DNA of 64,000 nt from Flectonema sp. DT1601 (Eukaryota). The stretch lies in NCBI GenBank assembly GCA_964019425.1, contig OZ025800.1:62001-126000 (forward strand), written 5' to 3'. How positions within the stretch are numbered: the stretch's first letter is position 1; every line of letters begins with the position of its first letter. Below are positions 1-11,450 of the stretch, one piece after another. The notes beneath the pieces are model-generated. The model was not told where the DNA came from. It was given only the letters and a program-made list of their open reading frames with translations, and made no database searches. Made by a program: the position numbers and the translations under genes.

Positions 1-3000
1 CCTTGAACAACTTCGCCATAAACTCTTCTTGAGGAATTAAATTACTTTTTGGATCAACGTGAAGATCCATTCGACGAATGGCAGCTTCAATCTTATGTTC
101 AGATCCTTTCATCCCGAGAGGTTTATCAATACTAGTTAAGAAACTTGGGACATCAGATCTACGGATTCCGAAAGCACCTCTGTGACCAGGAACTGCCTGC
201 ACAACTGAACTCCAAACAGCTTTTACTTTATCCATATACTCTTCAGTGCACACATTTGCATTTGCCTCTCCAAGTTGTGTAAAAGCATCCAAAATGATTG
301 CAATAAAAAGATTCAACAAAACATACATCCCAGCCAATGTGAATGAACAGAAGTACAACACCGCTGTTAACTTCTGACCACATTCCCCAAGATGGTTGTC
401 ACAGTCAGGAGGTTGAACAGCAACGTTATTCAGAATAGCTTGCCAAGCCTCACCAGTAGTCATTCTCAGCAGCAGTAGTAGAGCCACAAAGAATGTTTCA
501 AAATTAACAAGTGGACCCATGTCAGGTCCCCTTTTTACTTTTGCGAATAGTTTAACACCCAACACAGCGTAGATAAAAAACATCAACGACAATATCCCAG
601 CTACGTTTACTAAACTTGGAATCGACAGATAAAGAGTTCGTAAAATAATTAAAATATCCTTCGCTTTCTTAATCATTCGAAGAAGACGAGCTAATCGGAG
701 AACTCGAAACATTGAAACTGCTGGACCAGCTGAAAGCACAGCCTGAATGATTAGACCAACAGAGGATAAAGTAACGATGAAGAAATCAAATCGATTCCAA
801 ATATCTGTAAAGTATCCTTTGAATCCTAAATCCATTACTTTTAATAGGAACTCAACTAAAAATATTAAATAGAAGACGAGATTCAATGTGTCGAACGTAA
901 CCGTTCTAGCATCACTCGGAGGGTAAAACTCTGCAGCCATTACTAACACGTTCAGAACAATACAAGCTGTTATCACTATTTCAAACCAATGACTTCCAAC
1001 AACCTGATGCAGTAGAGTCCCTTTACCAATCACTACTTTCACAGGTCTGTGTTTGTATGTTATCATCGTCATCATCTTTGAGTGATGCTCAACCCACTTC
1101 TTCTGATCTTCATTGAGGTAGATACCTGTTCGTTTATGTTCTGCTTTCTCTTTCTCAGTGTAGTAAGTATCAATCAGCACTGATATGAACATATTTATAA
1201 TAAAAAAAGCACCACAAATAACGAAAACGATAAAGTAAAGTGCCATCGCTGGGTTACTATTCTTTCTAGGAGGTTCATCAATAGAGACGGCATCCATCCC
1301 GAGGTTCATGACGGTGACCCATCCCTCTAAAGAAGCCATCTCAAAAAGATTAAGAAACGCTGCAGGTAGATTGTCGAAGTGAGAAACGTTGTTCAGCCAT
1401 CTGCATTTCACACCATCGACGTCTATTGTTTCACATAAATCTCTTGTGTAGTTAGAACAGGGAGTGTCATCTGCGTACTCTTCTAGGCTGCATTGATAAA
1501 ACTTTCCTTGAAAAATCTGAACACCCAAAATCGCAAATATAATCCAAGTCAACAACGAAATCAACAAAACATTCAAAAGTGGTTTTATACTCATCACTAA
1601 TGCTCCAACAACAACTTTCATTCCTTCACTTTTGTTAATAAATCGAAGAGGTCTCATTGCTCTCATTATTTTCATTATTTGAAATCTTTCAGCTCCAGGT
1701 ATGATTAACGACATAATAGAGCTGACGACAATAATAAAGTCAAGAACGTTCCAACTCTCACTTCTAAGATATGAGGTAGGATGCATCACGAATCCCATCG
1801 CAATTATTTTTGATAAACATTCAGCGAGAAAGACCCAAATCATAACATAATTTATTACTCCCAAAGTTACTTCAGTTGGATGGTCAGGTGGTCGCAATGG
1901 GGATTCAATCGCCAAAGTGATTGTTGACATTGCGATTGCGAGAAGTACGAGGAGCTCAAATCTATTCGATTCGGTAACCTTAGTCATCGCCTTCCGTAAT
2001 GGGTTATCTTTCTTGAGAAAGAACATCGATGTTTCTGATTCTTGTAATCGAGTGAATAAATGATCGCCGTGAACAATTTCCTTCCTCTTTCTCGGAGATG
2101 CGATATCGTCTTCCGTTGCCGTTGATTTGCGTTTGCTCTTTCGTCGTTTGAAAGAAGGTTTCTTTTCATCGCCTTCACCTAACTTGTTCCAACTAGCTCG
2201 AGGAGAATCTGCTTCCAATTGAATATTATTGCTAGTGATCATTTCATTTAATAAAAATGGATCCTCTTCTGCTTCTTCCTGAAGCCCTTCAATTTCCTCC
2301 AATTCTTCTTCTTCTTCTTCCTCTTCGTCACTTCCAGCGACGGATTCGTTACTCTCTTCAGGCATCAGATCTCTGTTTGCGAGTAAGACAGCAATGAACA
2401 AATTTAACATCATATAATTACCAATTACATAATAAATTACAAAGTAAATAGCAACCCAATCTCCTGTTGCACGCATGCCTGTGTACATAACGATATTCCA
2501 ATCCTCTCCAGTTAATATCTGAAATGAGGTTAGTAACGCTACTCCTAAATTATCGTAGTTTGAACGAGGTAGACCTTCACAACCCTGACCAGTGTTGTTG
2601 CTCAAGTCGAAACCATCAGGAGCTTCCCAATCTGGATCAAGTCCGCAGAAGTTTCCTCCAAATAATTGCATTCCAAGTAGCGATACGATGAACACCATCA
2701 GTCCCAACAGAGATGTTAGTACGGCTGCTGATTTCATCGATTTGAAAAGAATTCCAATCCACTTTTGAAGCATCGGAACCTTTGTTGCTAACTTGACTAC
2801 TCTGAATGCTCTAAAAGTTCTAAAAACCGAAACATTCGTTCCTCCCTCACCCGCAAATAGTAAATCAACTTCAGACAAAATTCCAATCACAAAATCAAAA
2901 CAATTGAAATTATCATTAAAATATGCGACTCCCCCCATCGCATACAATTTTAGAACTACTTCAGCAGCAAAGATATGAGTGAAAATAATATTTGAAACAT

Positions 3001-4654
3001 GAAAGATGTCTGTCATCATTTGAGGTTGATTATGATGTTCAATAGAAAGAGTGATGGTGTTCAAGAAGATGGCTGTCATGATGAAACCACCGAAGATCTT
3101 ATTGGCAAGTGGGTACTTGGATTCTTCTGAAGGTAGACCACAAACTTCCCAAAGAATAAGACGATAGCTTTCACGTTGAATAGGAGTACCACGCTTTCGT
3201 TTCTTTTCAAATAAATTCCAAAAGTTTACCCAAATATTTGATATTTGAAAGAATTCGTCTTCAGAATCAGAATCGTCATCGTTTTGAACTGTTTTCTTTT
3301 TATTTCCTACCTTGCCGCTGATCATTGGATTCACTTCACAATATTCGATAAACTCCTTTACACAAACAGTTCCACCATTATCCTTGTCCATGCCTGAGAA
3401 CGCTTTTTCTAATTGAGTTTCTGTTAACTTAGTCATTCCGAGATGTGTTTTTAAAAGTCTGCGAACTTCGTCTTTGTCAAGTTCGCCTCCACCGTCGACA
3501 TCAATTTGTGCGAATGCGTTGCCAAGTTGTTCGCGTTGTTTCTTTTCAAACGCTGAAGTGATTACAACTACCGTTAAATTTAAAATAAAGAATGAACCAA
3601 AAATAATTAAGACAACATAATACGCTGATGCGATAAACGAAGTAGCATCCATAGTGTTGTACATTGTCTCTGTCCATCCTTCGAGAGTGAGACCTACGAA
3701 AAGTGTTAAAAACGCTACCGCCATGTTATCAAAGGAGAGTTTTCCAAAGTGAGGATTTCGATCAAAAAGTGCGCACGTGTAGTTCCAATTGCAGTAATGA
3801 CCTCCGATATCTAAATTTATATTTCTTGAACAGATTCGATCTCCGTCATCAGGTTGCAGTGTCGCAGTGTCTGCGTCCAATACCTGCGGCACTCCATCCT
3901 TGTCGAAGAACACATCTTCGTTGTAAACACACCTCCATCTGAATAGTCCTTGCCATTGTTGGACAGCAATAATACCCATTATTAATATGAAGAAGAAATA
4001 CAACACAAAGATGTTAAGCAGCTTAGGTATTGCACTCAATATCGATTGAATTAAAATACGGACCGCAGGGAACGCTTGGACAGCCTTCAGAGGACGTAAA
4101 AGACGAAAGGCTCTAAGACCAGTCAGACCCGGACCAGTAACTCCAAAACCATATTCTAAGATGATTACAAGAGCACCAGACACAACAATCGTAAAGTCGA
4201 GAATATTCCACTCGTCGCGTATGTAGGAGTCACCACGGTAGTAAAACCCGAGTCCGAGTATGTTTATAATACACTCGATTATAAATAATGCTGTTAGTAC
4301 TAAATCAGCGTAAGTAGTAAACGTGCAGCGAACTGTTTCGCAATTTTTATCAGTCGGGTCTTCCAACGACAATACTATACAATTAACAACAATTACTGCT
4401 AACCAAAATTGATCGAATCTCGGGTCCCCGAGTACTATTCTCCGACATCTATTTCTAAACTCACCCCATTCTGGGACGTAGTCCACCTCATCCCATTCAC
4501 TGCTCACAGATGTTTCGTCTTCATTCTCTTCTTCTTCTTCCTCGTCACTTCCGGGCAACTCTTCGTCATCAGCAAAGTGAACAGATCGGACAGATTGCCC
4601 GTGTGTCTGCGAATACGACTGTGACTTCGGGGAAGTGACAGAGACGACGTCCAT
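1..4654 (-). CDS. Four-domain voltage-gated calcium channel alpha-1 subunit (3' end truncated by window edge)
   Basis: Manual translation from ATG at 4654 (MDVVSVTSPK...) stays in one frame at all checked points. S4 segments include LRAFRLLRPLKA and FRVLRLARLLRMIK. Pore loops are TLEGW (E at 3680-3682), TGEDW (2504-2506), SLEGW (1325-1327) and TGEAW (449-451), giving an EEEE filter. Absent from the ORF track, presumably because no stop lies inside the window. Confidence 0.95.
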   Translation of the reverse strand, partial: MDVVSVTSPKSQSYSQTHGQSVRSVHFADDEELPGSDEEEEEENEDETSVSSEWDEVDYVPEWGEFRNRCRRIVLGDPRFDQFWLAVIVVNCIVLSLEDPTDKNCETVRCTFTTYADLVLTALFIIECIINILGLGFYYRGDSYIRDEWNILDFTIVVSGALVIILEYGFGVTGPGLTGLRAFRLLRPLKAVQAFPAVRILIQSILSAIPKLLNIFVLYFFFILIMGIIAVQQWQGLFRWRCVYNEDVFFDKDGVPQVLDADTATLQPDDGDRICSRNINLDIGGHYCNWNYTCALFDRNPHFGKLSFDNMAVAFLTLFVGLTLEGWTETMYNTMDATSFIASAYYVVLIIFGSFFILNLTVVVITSAFEKKQREQLGNAFAQIDVDGGGELDKDEVRRLLKTHLGMTKLTETQLEKAFSGMDKDNGGTVCVKEFIEYCEVNPMISGKVGNKKKTVQNDDDSDSEDEFFQISNIWVNFWNLFEKKRKRGTPIQRESYRLILWEVCGLPSEESKYPLANKIFGGFIMTAIFLNTITLSIEHHNQPQMMTDIFHVSNIIFTHIFAAEVVLKLYAMGGVAYFNDNFNCFDFVIGILSEVDLLFAGEGGTNVSVFRTFRAFRVVKLATKVPMLQKWIGILFKSMKSAAVLTSLLGLMVFIVSLLGMQLFGGNFCGLDPDWEAPDGFDLSNNTGQGCEGLPRSNYDNLGVALLTSFQILTGEDWNIVMYTGMRATGDWVAIYFVIYYVIGNYMMLNLFIAVLLANRDLMPEESNESVAGSDEEEEEEEELEEIEGLQEEAEEDPFLLNEMITSNNIQLEADSPRASWNKLGEGDEKKPSFKRRKSKRKSTATEDDIASPRKRKEIVHGDHLFTRLQESETSMFFLKKDNPLRKAMTKVTESNRFELLVLLAIAMSTITLAIESPLRPPDHPTEVTLGVINYVMIWVFLAECLSKIIAMGFVMHPTSYLRSESWNVLDFIIVVSSIMSLIIPGAERFQIMKIMRAMRPLRFINKSEGMKVVVGALVMSIKPLLNVLLISLLTWIIFAILGVQIFQGKFYQCSLEEYADDTPCSNYTRDLCETIDVDGVKCRWLNNVSHFDNLPAAFLNLFEMASLEGWVTVMNLGMDAVSIDEPPRKNSNPAMALYFIVFVICGAFFIINMFISVLIDTYYTEKEKAEHKRTGIYLNEDQKKWVEHHSKMMTMITYKHRPVKVVIGKGTLLHQVVGSHWFEIVITACIVLNVLVMAAEFYPPSDARTVTFDTLNLVFYLIFLVEFLLKVMDLGFKGYFTDIWNRFDFFIVTLSSVGLIIQAVLSAGPAVSMFRVLRLARLLRMIKKAKDILIILRTLYLSIPSLVNVAGILSLMFFIYAVLGVKLFAKVKRGPDMGPLVNFETFFVALLLLLRMTTGEAWQAILNNVAVQPPDCDNHLGECGQKLTAVLYFCSFTLAGMYVLLNLFIAIILDAFTQLGEANANVCTEEYMDKVKAVWSSVVQAVPGHRGAFGIRRSDVPSFLTSIDKPLGMKGSEHKIEAAIRRMDLHVDPKSNLIPQEEFMAKLFK

Positions 4655-4959
4655 CGAAGGGACCTGTTAGAAATAATATGAAATGAAAACACCAACTTCA
4701 CTAATATCCGACAAGATGGGATTTCGTAAACAATTCGATTCTATCACATAGACAGTAACCTGTTGAATGAATAATTACAAAGATCACATTCAAGAAGACT
4801 AATTGTAAACCACTCGATGGTGGGCTAGAGCAGTCTCAGAGCTCAATGGCAACAATAAGATAAGACACTAAACAAATAGTATTCCGTACTTGAAGATTAT
4901 CTGGTGAAGTGTGATAATCGACTACCACCATTAAGAGAGTATCGATATTGAAATGCTGA

Positions 4960-7900
4960 CTAGTCAGACTTCCCTTTAAGTTTATTTATTATTTTAGGAG
5001 CCGTACTGGACACGGATTCAGTTGGCTCATCTTCGCCAACACTTCCCCAACTCTTGTCGTCATCTGGTGACAGTGACTGTTCTGGCATGCTGTGAACTCC
5101 ATCATTGCTTCCCCATTCGGAACCGTCGTTTATTTCTGCATCTGCGACTTCTTCTTCTCTGACTTTATCACTACTGCGTGAATCACTATCAGGACCAGAG
5201 CCGTTATCATCTTTGAGTTCATCGGATGCAGGAAGTTGATTTCCTGTCGCTGATTCTGACTCTGCGTCACGTGGATTTTGAACGCCGACAGCAGATGCAG
5301 CCTCTCCGTGTTGTTTGTCCGTGTTCTTAGTTTCAGTAGATTGTACTTCAACTGTCGGATCCTTTACTCGCTCAGTTTCATGTAGTTCTTCATTGATCGC
5401 AACTGATTTATCGACGTCGTCGTTGTTTACATCCCTGCTGGTCTCAGAAGGCGTGTTCTGGTCACTTGGTTCAGATTGTTGTTTCTCACCTGCGGGAGTG
5501 TTTTGGCTATTGTTTCCTTCACTAGGCGACAACTGTTTTTCAACAGCAACAGGAGTTTCTGGTAAGTGATCAATGTTCTCACTTGTTTCTGTATTCGGTG
5601 TTCGAGGCTCAGGACTAGCACTCGTTGTGCTGGAGCCAGCTGTTAGTGTCTTCTTCGACGGCATTGGAGTACCCGGCAGTCTAACTTCACTCAATGTGCT
5701 GGAAAAGGTACGCCAACCTTTATTCCAAGTTGAGGATACCTATTTTATTATTATTCATTATCTGATGACTTGTCCTCCTCTCAGTAGAATGTTACGAACT
5801 CAATCAAACATAAATAACGATACCTGTTTCAGTGCAGACTCAGCCTGACCTGGACTGGATTCTTGTGGAACATCATGTGCGGGAGGTTCAGGAGTTGAAG
5901 GTGGTGGTAGCTCTCCCTTAAACTCGCTGATCTCTCTAAGGATTATGTTTCCCGTCTGTTTTGAATATTTATAATATTGTTACGTAGGTTAAGACTGACC
6001 CAAATTAATAATTCCAATCATACCTGTCCCTGGATTGATACCCAACCTCCATATTCGTGGACCTTACCGCGATTACCCTTGCGTTCAATGACGTGAAGGA
6101 TCTCACCTTTCGAGAGAACAGCAACTTGCTTGGTTCGAAGGTTCACTCCTGCGCGCACAATGGCGCCATCAGCGACACATTCCATTCTCAAGATTGATGA
6201 GCCACTGCCTGTTGATGCTCTCTTAGTCCTACCTCTGATGAGGTCCTCTTGAATTATTTGTCGAATTTGGTGTTCGTTGAGTCGAGTTTGCTGCCTCTCT
6301 TCATTCTCCTCATCGAAGATTTCATTTCTGATGACCGACTCCAACTCTGACAGGCTGTTAATGAAGTCCATCAGTTCGGCGGAATCTCGCCCGTTTCGCT
6401 CTTCGCTGAGAAAGTTGGTTCGGAGAACAACTTCTGCTTTCAGGAATTCAGATCTTATGAAGTCTTCTTCTTTTATTACTTCGTATTGCTCGGCGGTTTC
6501 TCTCTTTATCCGAGCATTTTGACATGACTGAGCCTCAGTGTGTGATGATTTGAATTCCTCAGCAAAACCTTCTCTTGGGTTGCTCTCTTTAATTATTATG
6601 GCTGTCCGCTGTTCCTTCTCTTCGCTTTCAAGAATTTCAACTGCCTTGCGATGAGCTTCCCTTCGCTCAGCGAACAGGGCATCAAGCTGTTTCATTTCTG
6701 AAGTCATCAATGAAATATATTCATAACATTGTTGACTGTGCTCATTTATTATACTTTCACGTACTAATATTTCTGACTGAATGTGAAATCTGAAAGCCTC
6801 TTCCATCAGCTCTGAGACTGAAGTCTTTACAGCCACTCGACACTCAACAGTAATGAAGCGTCTGCAGAATCTTTCATTAAATTTAAATGACCAGATTTCT
6901 GCAGTTGAGAGGAGTTCATTTCTAATTTCCGACTCGTTGATTTCGATTTCGTAAAGGAGTCCTTTGAACTGAGCGATTCGTTTCCCGGCTTCGAAACTAC
7001 TTTTTAAGACTCCTCGTGATCGACGTTCCTCTCGGACAAGAAAAGAACTTTCTGACAAGTATTCACAGAGAGTTGTTGTTTGTGATGCCGCATTAGAGAA
7101 GTAGCGATTATTATCGAATGAATGTGATTGAATTAAAAGACGATTAGCGTCCTCTACGTCAACAAGTTGTTCAGCTGCTATGAAGAATCTGTCACATGTT
7201 TCAGAAGATGACAACAACAGAGTGCTAACTAATTGTAAAGCGTAAAGTCGATCAGCTGCTTCAGAGTCCTCAATTTCAATTCGGTCTCCGTACTCATCAT
7301 TCGCAAGCAGCTTCCGCTGTGGTCTTGTTAAGACTTCGAGTATGCCATCAGTCTCACTTTCTGACATCAACTTTCTAGTCATCACTTCTTGTTTTACTAA
7401 ATTAATTCGATTCTTGTCTTCATCATTTCTCATTCTCCCCCTCTCTTCTTCAAGTAGTGTTTCAAACAGATTCTCTTCACGCAACGTTCTAATGTGCAGC
7501 CACTGTTCTGACTCTTCAGTGGAAATGTTCCCGCGACCTTTTTCTTCCTCATTTGTAACCGTCAGCAAGAATCGAACTAATTCAGCTTCCTCAGATCGCT
7601 TTAGTTCGATTGAGAATTGTCTCATCCACACCCAGCTGGTTTCATTCTGATTGCGGTCTAATTTTAGTCGCTGCTGCTCTTCACTTTCGAAGATGTTGTT
7701 TTGGAGGATGTTGAATTCCAACTCCGTCATCGTCACGGTCTCCGTCTTTGGCTGAGGACGTTGTGAACCTACTGAAGTGATGTCACTTTCCATTCGATGT
7801 AAGTGTGCAGTGAGTGACCTCACTTGAGATAGTGGAAGAGGTTTATTAGGATCACTCACATCAACAGAACTTAGTTCAGAAGGTACCCAAACAAAGTCCT

Positions 7901-8543
7901 GATTGTCTTTCAGAGATGGTCCAAGACCCCCTCCTGTCCACCAGCCTTTTAGTCGCGACTTTCGACTCTTTTTTCCTCCCATGATAGAAGACGTAGAATT
8001 CTGGGGTTGATTATATTGTCCGTCGTAAAGCCAAGTAAATATCTGCCACCGTAATGTTCCGGTACTTCCAAATGGAGGAGGTTGTGTTAATTTTGATGGT
8101 AATATTCGAACAACAATCTGAGCTATCGGCCCCCCTGCTCGAAGTGTTGACGGCCACCACAAGTGCAGCGCCAATAAAATTGCCACTAGAGTCAGTGGGA
8201 TGGCGAGCAGCAGGTTTGGTTTACTCTGTCTCTCATCATCAACGTGGTCAAATATGGATCCACCTTGTCCGATTTTCTTTGTACTTACCTCCTCCTTAGT
8301 GACCTCTGAGATCTTTTTATCTTCTGCTGTAGTAGCGTCTGCTGATTCTTTCTCAGAAGTCTGAAGGACTGTTGACGGTCGAGAAATATTTAATTCATCA
8401 GATGACATCTCCAACTTCTCTAACGAAGGTGATGAGTTCTCTTGTTGCGATACATCTTCTAATTCATTTACTGCTGTGACTTCTTCAACGGCCCCACAGA
8501 GCAACAGCAGTGTCAACACCGACAACCAAAATATCCGTAGCAT
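4960..8543 (-). CDS. 3-exon protein (~1143 aa): signal peptide, TM helix, long E/R-rich coiled coil, SH3b-like domain, acidic disordered tail
   Basis: Exons 8543-6024, 5955-5824 and 5739-4960 are joined by GT-AG introns 5956-6023 and 5740-5823, both phase 0. Splicing completes an SH3-like segment GAIVRAGVNLRTKQVAVLSKGEILHVIERKGNRGKVHEYGGWVSIQGQ|TGNIILREI. Confidence 0.75.
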
Positions 8544-8842
8544 CGCTACTTACTCGGTGGACATATATTAGTTAGCGTAATGAGAGACCCCAAAGTATGG
8601 AATCTGTCTTGGGAACAAAAGTTAGGAAGTTAATCAAATCACACAAACTAATTCACTATCACATTCTCTACGAACTATCATCTAACCATCGACAACGAGT
8701 CCTGTGTGAAGGGAAAAGCTGACCAACAGAAGTAAGAAAAATCACAATACTTGCAGCAAGAAAGAGCTAGGGGGAAAGAATGCCGCAACTTGAAGAGAAG
8801 TATCACCCAATTGGATGGTTGGAGTAGTTGGTTAATAACTTA

Positions 8843-9910
8843 TTAGTATTCTTTACTTAGAATGTTGAGCGCAAACTCAGCTGTCAGACCAAAGTGATCA
8901 CTCGGATATAAATACTCTCTGGGGTCTCGCAGTATGTTTGTACCAACCAGATCACCAGCGCTGCTAACAGCTGCTCGTAAAGCCGAGAATGGGAGAGAAC
9001 CAATCTTTTGATATAAAGGTTTCTTTGTTTTATTATTACACACGTCTGGATAAATAGGAGAATCAGCAAACAGGCTAATTGAAGAATTATGTAAATTAAT
9101 AATTTCACCCGACTGACTTTTCTCAGAAAGTAGAATGCGATCTGGACGGACTCGAATGTCAGACGTCATTTTAAAATGAGGAAACATCTCAAGAATCATT
9201 TTATTACGCAAGCTATCAAACGTATATCCATTATCAGGACTTCGTCTGATTGCTAACCAGGAATCTGTATAGTTAGAAGGGATGGCAATGTTTTCTCTCT
9301 CTCTGTGTAAGTTTAAATCCCCCATTATGACAGACACGTCTGATAATATGTGATCATCACCTTCAGCGAGACCCTGAAGTTCAGCTCTTCTCTGATCACG
9401 GTTACAACCGTGAGCTGATAGGTGAGCATTTGTAATTAAAAAAGTTTTATTATTTATAATTATTTCAATGCAGTCTGGTTGTCTTTTTATTTCAGAAATC
9501 AATTTAATTGTGTGCGCCCTTTTGATAGGAATTCTACTCAGAATTATATTTCCAAAGGCTGCGATATCTTCATTTTGAAGTCTGGAAATCTGATAGCTAT
9601 CGCGAACCCAATCTTCCTTTAAAATACTTGTTATGAGTGTATCAGTTACCTCATTTAAACCAATTACGTCAGCATTCTCATTGTGTAATAACTTTATCGT
9701 TGCTGCTTGTCTTTGTTTATGGCACTGCTTGTGGTTCTCATGTGACATTGGTTTCTTCTTTACAAAAGTATCCGTCGCCACGTTAAAACAAACAATTCGA
9801 ACTTTTGTCATTTCTGTTTTACTGTCTCGTAATTCATTCCACTCAAAGGAAGTCCATTTCTGTTCAGTTTTGTTGTATTCGTGTACAGTGAGTTCTTTAA
9901 ATCGGTGCAT
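8843..9910 (-). CDS. Endonuclease/exonuclease/phosphatase (EEP) family protein, TDP2-like
   Basis: EEP motifs in the expected order: RIVCFNV, DVIGLNEV, NAHL, IMGDLN, DSW, GYTFD, RPDRI, PSDHFG. Confidence 0.85.
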   Translation of the reverse strand: MHRFKELTVHEYNKTEQKWTSFEWNELRDSKTEMTKVRIVCFNVATDTFVKKKPMSHENHKQCHKQRQAATIKLLHNENADVIGLNEVTDTLITSILKEDWVRDSYQISRLQNEDIAAFGNIILSRIPIKRAHTIKLISEIKRQPDCIEIIINNKTFLITNAHLSAHGCNRDQRRAELQGLAEGDDHILSDVSVIMGDLNLHRERENIAIPSNYTDSWLAIRRSPDNGYTFDSLRNKMILEMFPHFKMTSDIRVRPDRILLSEKSQSGEIINLHNSSISLFADSPIYPDVCNNKTKKPLYQKIGSLPFSALRAAVSSAGDLVGTNILRDPREYLYPSDHFGLTAEFALNILSKEY

Positions 9911-10318
9911 CTCACATGCTGTGAAATAGAAATAAATATAAAAACTGAACGCCTTAGACTGTCGTCATGTTCGATGCAAAAGTAAACTGTGAAGTACGAT
10001 AAGATAATAAATACGACCTTCGCAACATAATAATCTATTTCATGACAACCCATGACCCCTCTCTCGGTCATGGTTATCGGAAGCTATTTTTCTATTCTTC
10101 TTTTCTCGACTTATGTGCGAGTTTGTTATTCTAATTTAAGTCCTTCGGTTTCATGACTTGAATGTCGTAATCGGAAATAGTACAACAGAGAAGCTGACAA
10201 GTTCATCTTCAGTGAAAGTCGCTTTTTAAATTCTGGATTTCCCTCCTGTCAGCTGTCAGTGAAGTGTTCACCAGTTCCAGGAACAGTATATTGCACCGAC
10301 CAGTTCCTTAGTCAAGTT

Positions 10319-11450
10319 CTACACGTTGTGTGTTTCCATCGCAGTAGTTGATCGTAAACGTGAAGCTAGAACAGTTCTTTTTTTCTGTTTTTTTTTTTTT
10401 TTTTGTTTGTTTGTTTTCCCAGTCCGCCTATGTAAAGAGTAGCGGTCTGTGTGATAACACAAAGTAGGAACACATACGGATATTGTGAGCTGAAGGTCTC
10501 TCTCTTTTTGAAGTTGTGTTTGCATTAATTGAATGAGTTCAGTCTGCTGTTGAATGACGAGATCCATTTCCTTTATTTTCACAGTCAGTAGTTTTTTAGA
10601 ATCTCTCTCACTAGTCAGACTTGTTTCAAGAGTTCTCAGCTCTGTATTCTTCTTGTTGAGGTCTCGTTCAAGGAGGTGCATGTCTTCATTCATTTCACTG
10701 TGTGTGTGTTATTAAGATATCAATACCAAGTACTTAAATAATATAAATAAACATATTAACATACACTATTTGATGTTCCTTCTGATTAAGACGAGAGCTG
10801 GTTGTTTGAAGACGATGGCGTAGCTCTCTAACTTCTCCATCATCACGAGGTGGTGCCCTATCTCGAGGATGATGATTATCACGTTGATGAGGATCATGTT
10901 GACGTCTTTCATAACGATCTCTCTCAGAGCTGTCTCTCCTTCGCTGATGCTCCTCATTTGATTGATGCTGCTGCTGCTGATGCTGCTGATGCTGTTGATG
11001 TTGCTGTGGTTGTTGTTGTTGTTGTTGTTGTTGCTGTTGTTGTCCTCCATTCTGCTCTGCTGTTACTTGTGATATGAATTCTCTCATGGAAGAGACTCTC
11101 GCTGTCACTTCACTTTTTGTTACTAAAGTATTTCCACTGTCGATAACAGATTGAAGGAATTGTTCAAATTCTTGATCAGTGAAGTTACCATTTGAAATAT
11201 AATCCAATCCGTATTCCTTTGTAATACCTCCATGTTCTAATTGTAGCATCGCTTGTCTTTCTTTTGGATCGATAATACGAAGAGCTTTAACAGATGCAAT
11301 CCTGTAGTACTTCTTAGATGTCGCGTCTCGTACTACAACTCTACAGTATAAACCTCTCATGACTTCTTGAAACTTTGGGTCTTCAAGCCATCTAATGATA
11401 GCATCTCTGCTAAGACGGAGTGAATTGAGGTCCTTCAGAACGATTGACAT
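10319..11450 (-). CDS. Plus3-domain protein with Q/H-rich linker and C-terminal coiled coil (multi-exon; last exon uncertain)
   Basis: N-terminus DLNSLRLSRDAIIRWL...GLYCRV...YRIASV...LDYISNGNFTDQEF resembles the Rtf1 Plus3 domain. Intron 10698-10764 (GTATGT..CAG, phase 2) joins ORFs 10734-11450 and 10319-10693 in frame. A second donor at 10477 has an unresolved acceptor. Confidence 0.75.

Noticed and set aside
10308..10477. Micro-exon model giving the Plus3 protein the ending ...KNCSSFTFTINYCDGNTQRVELD
   Set aside because: It needs a 31-nt intron plus a GC donor, and cannot be preferred over the simple in-frame 10385-10477 intron without transcripts.
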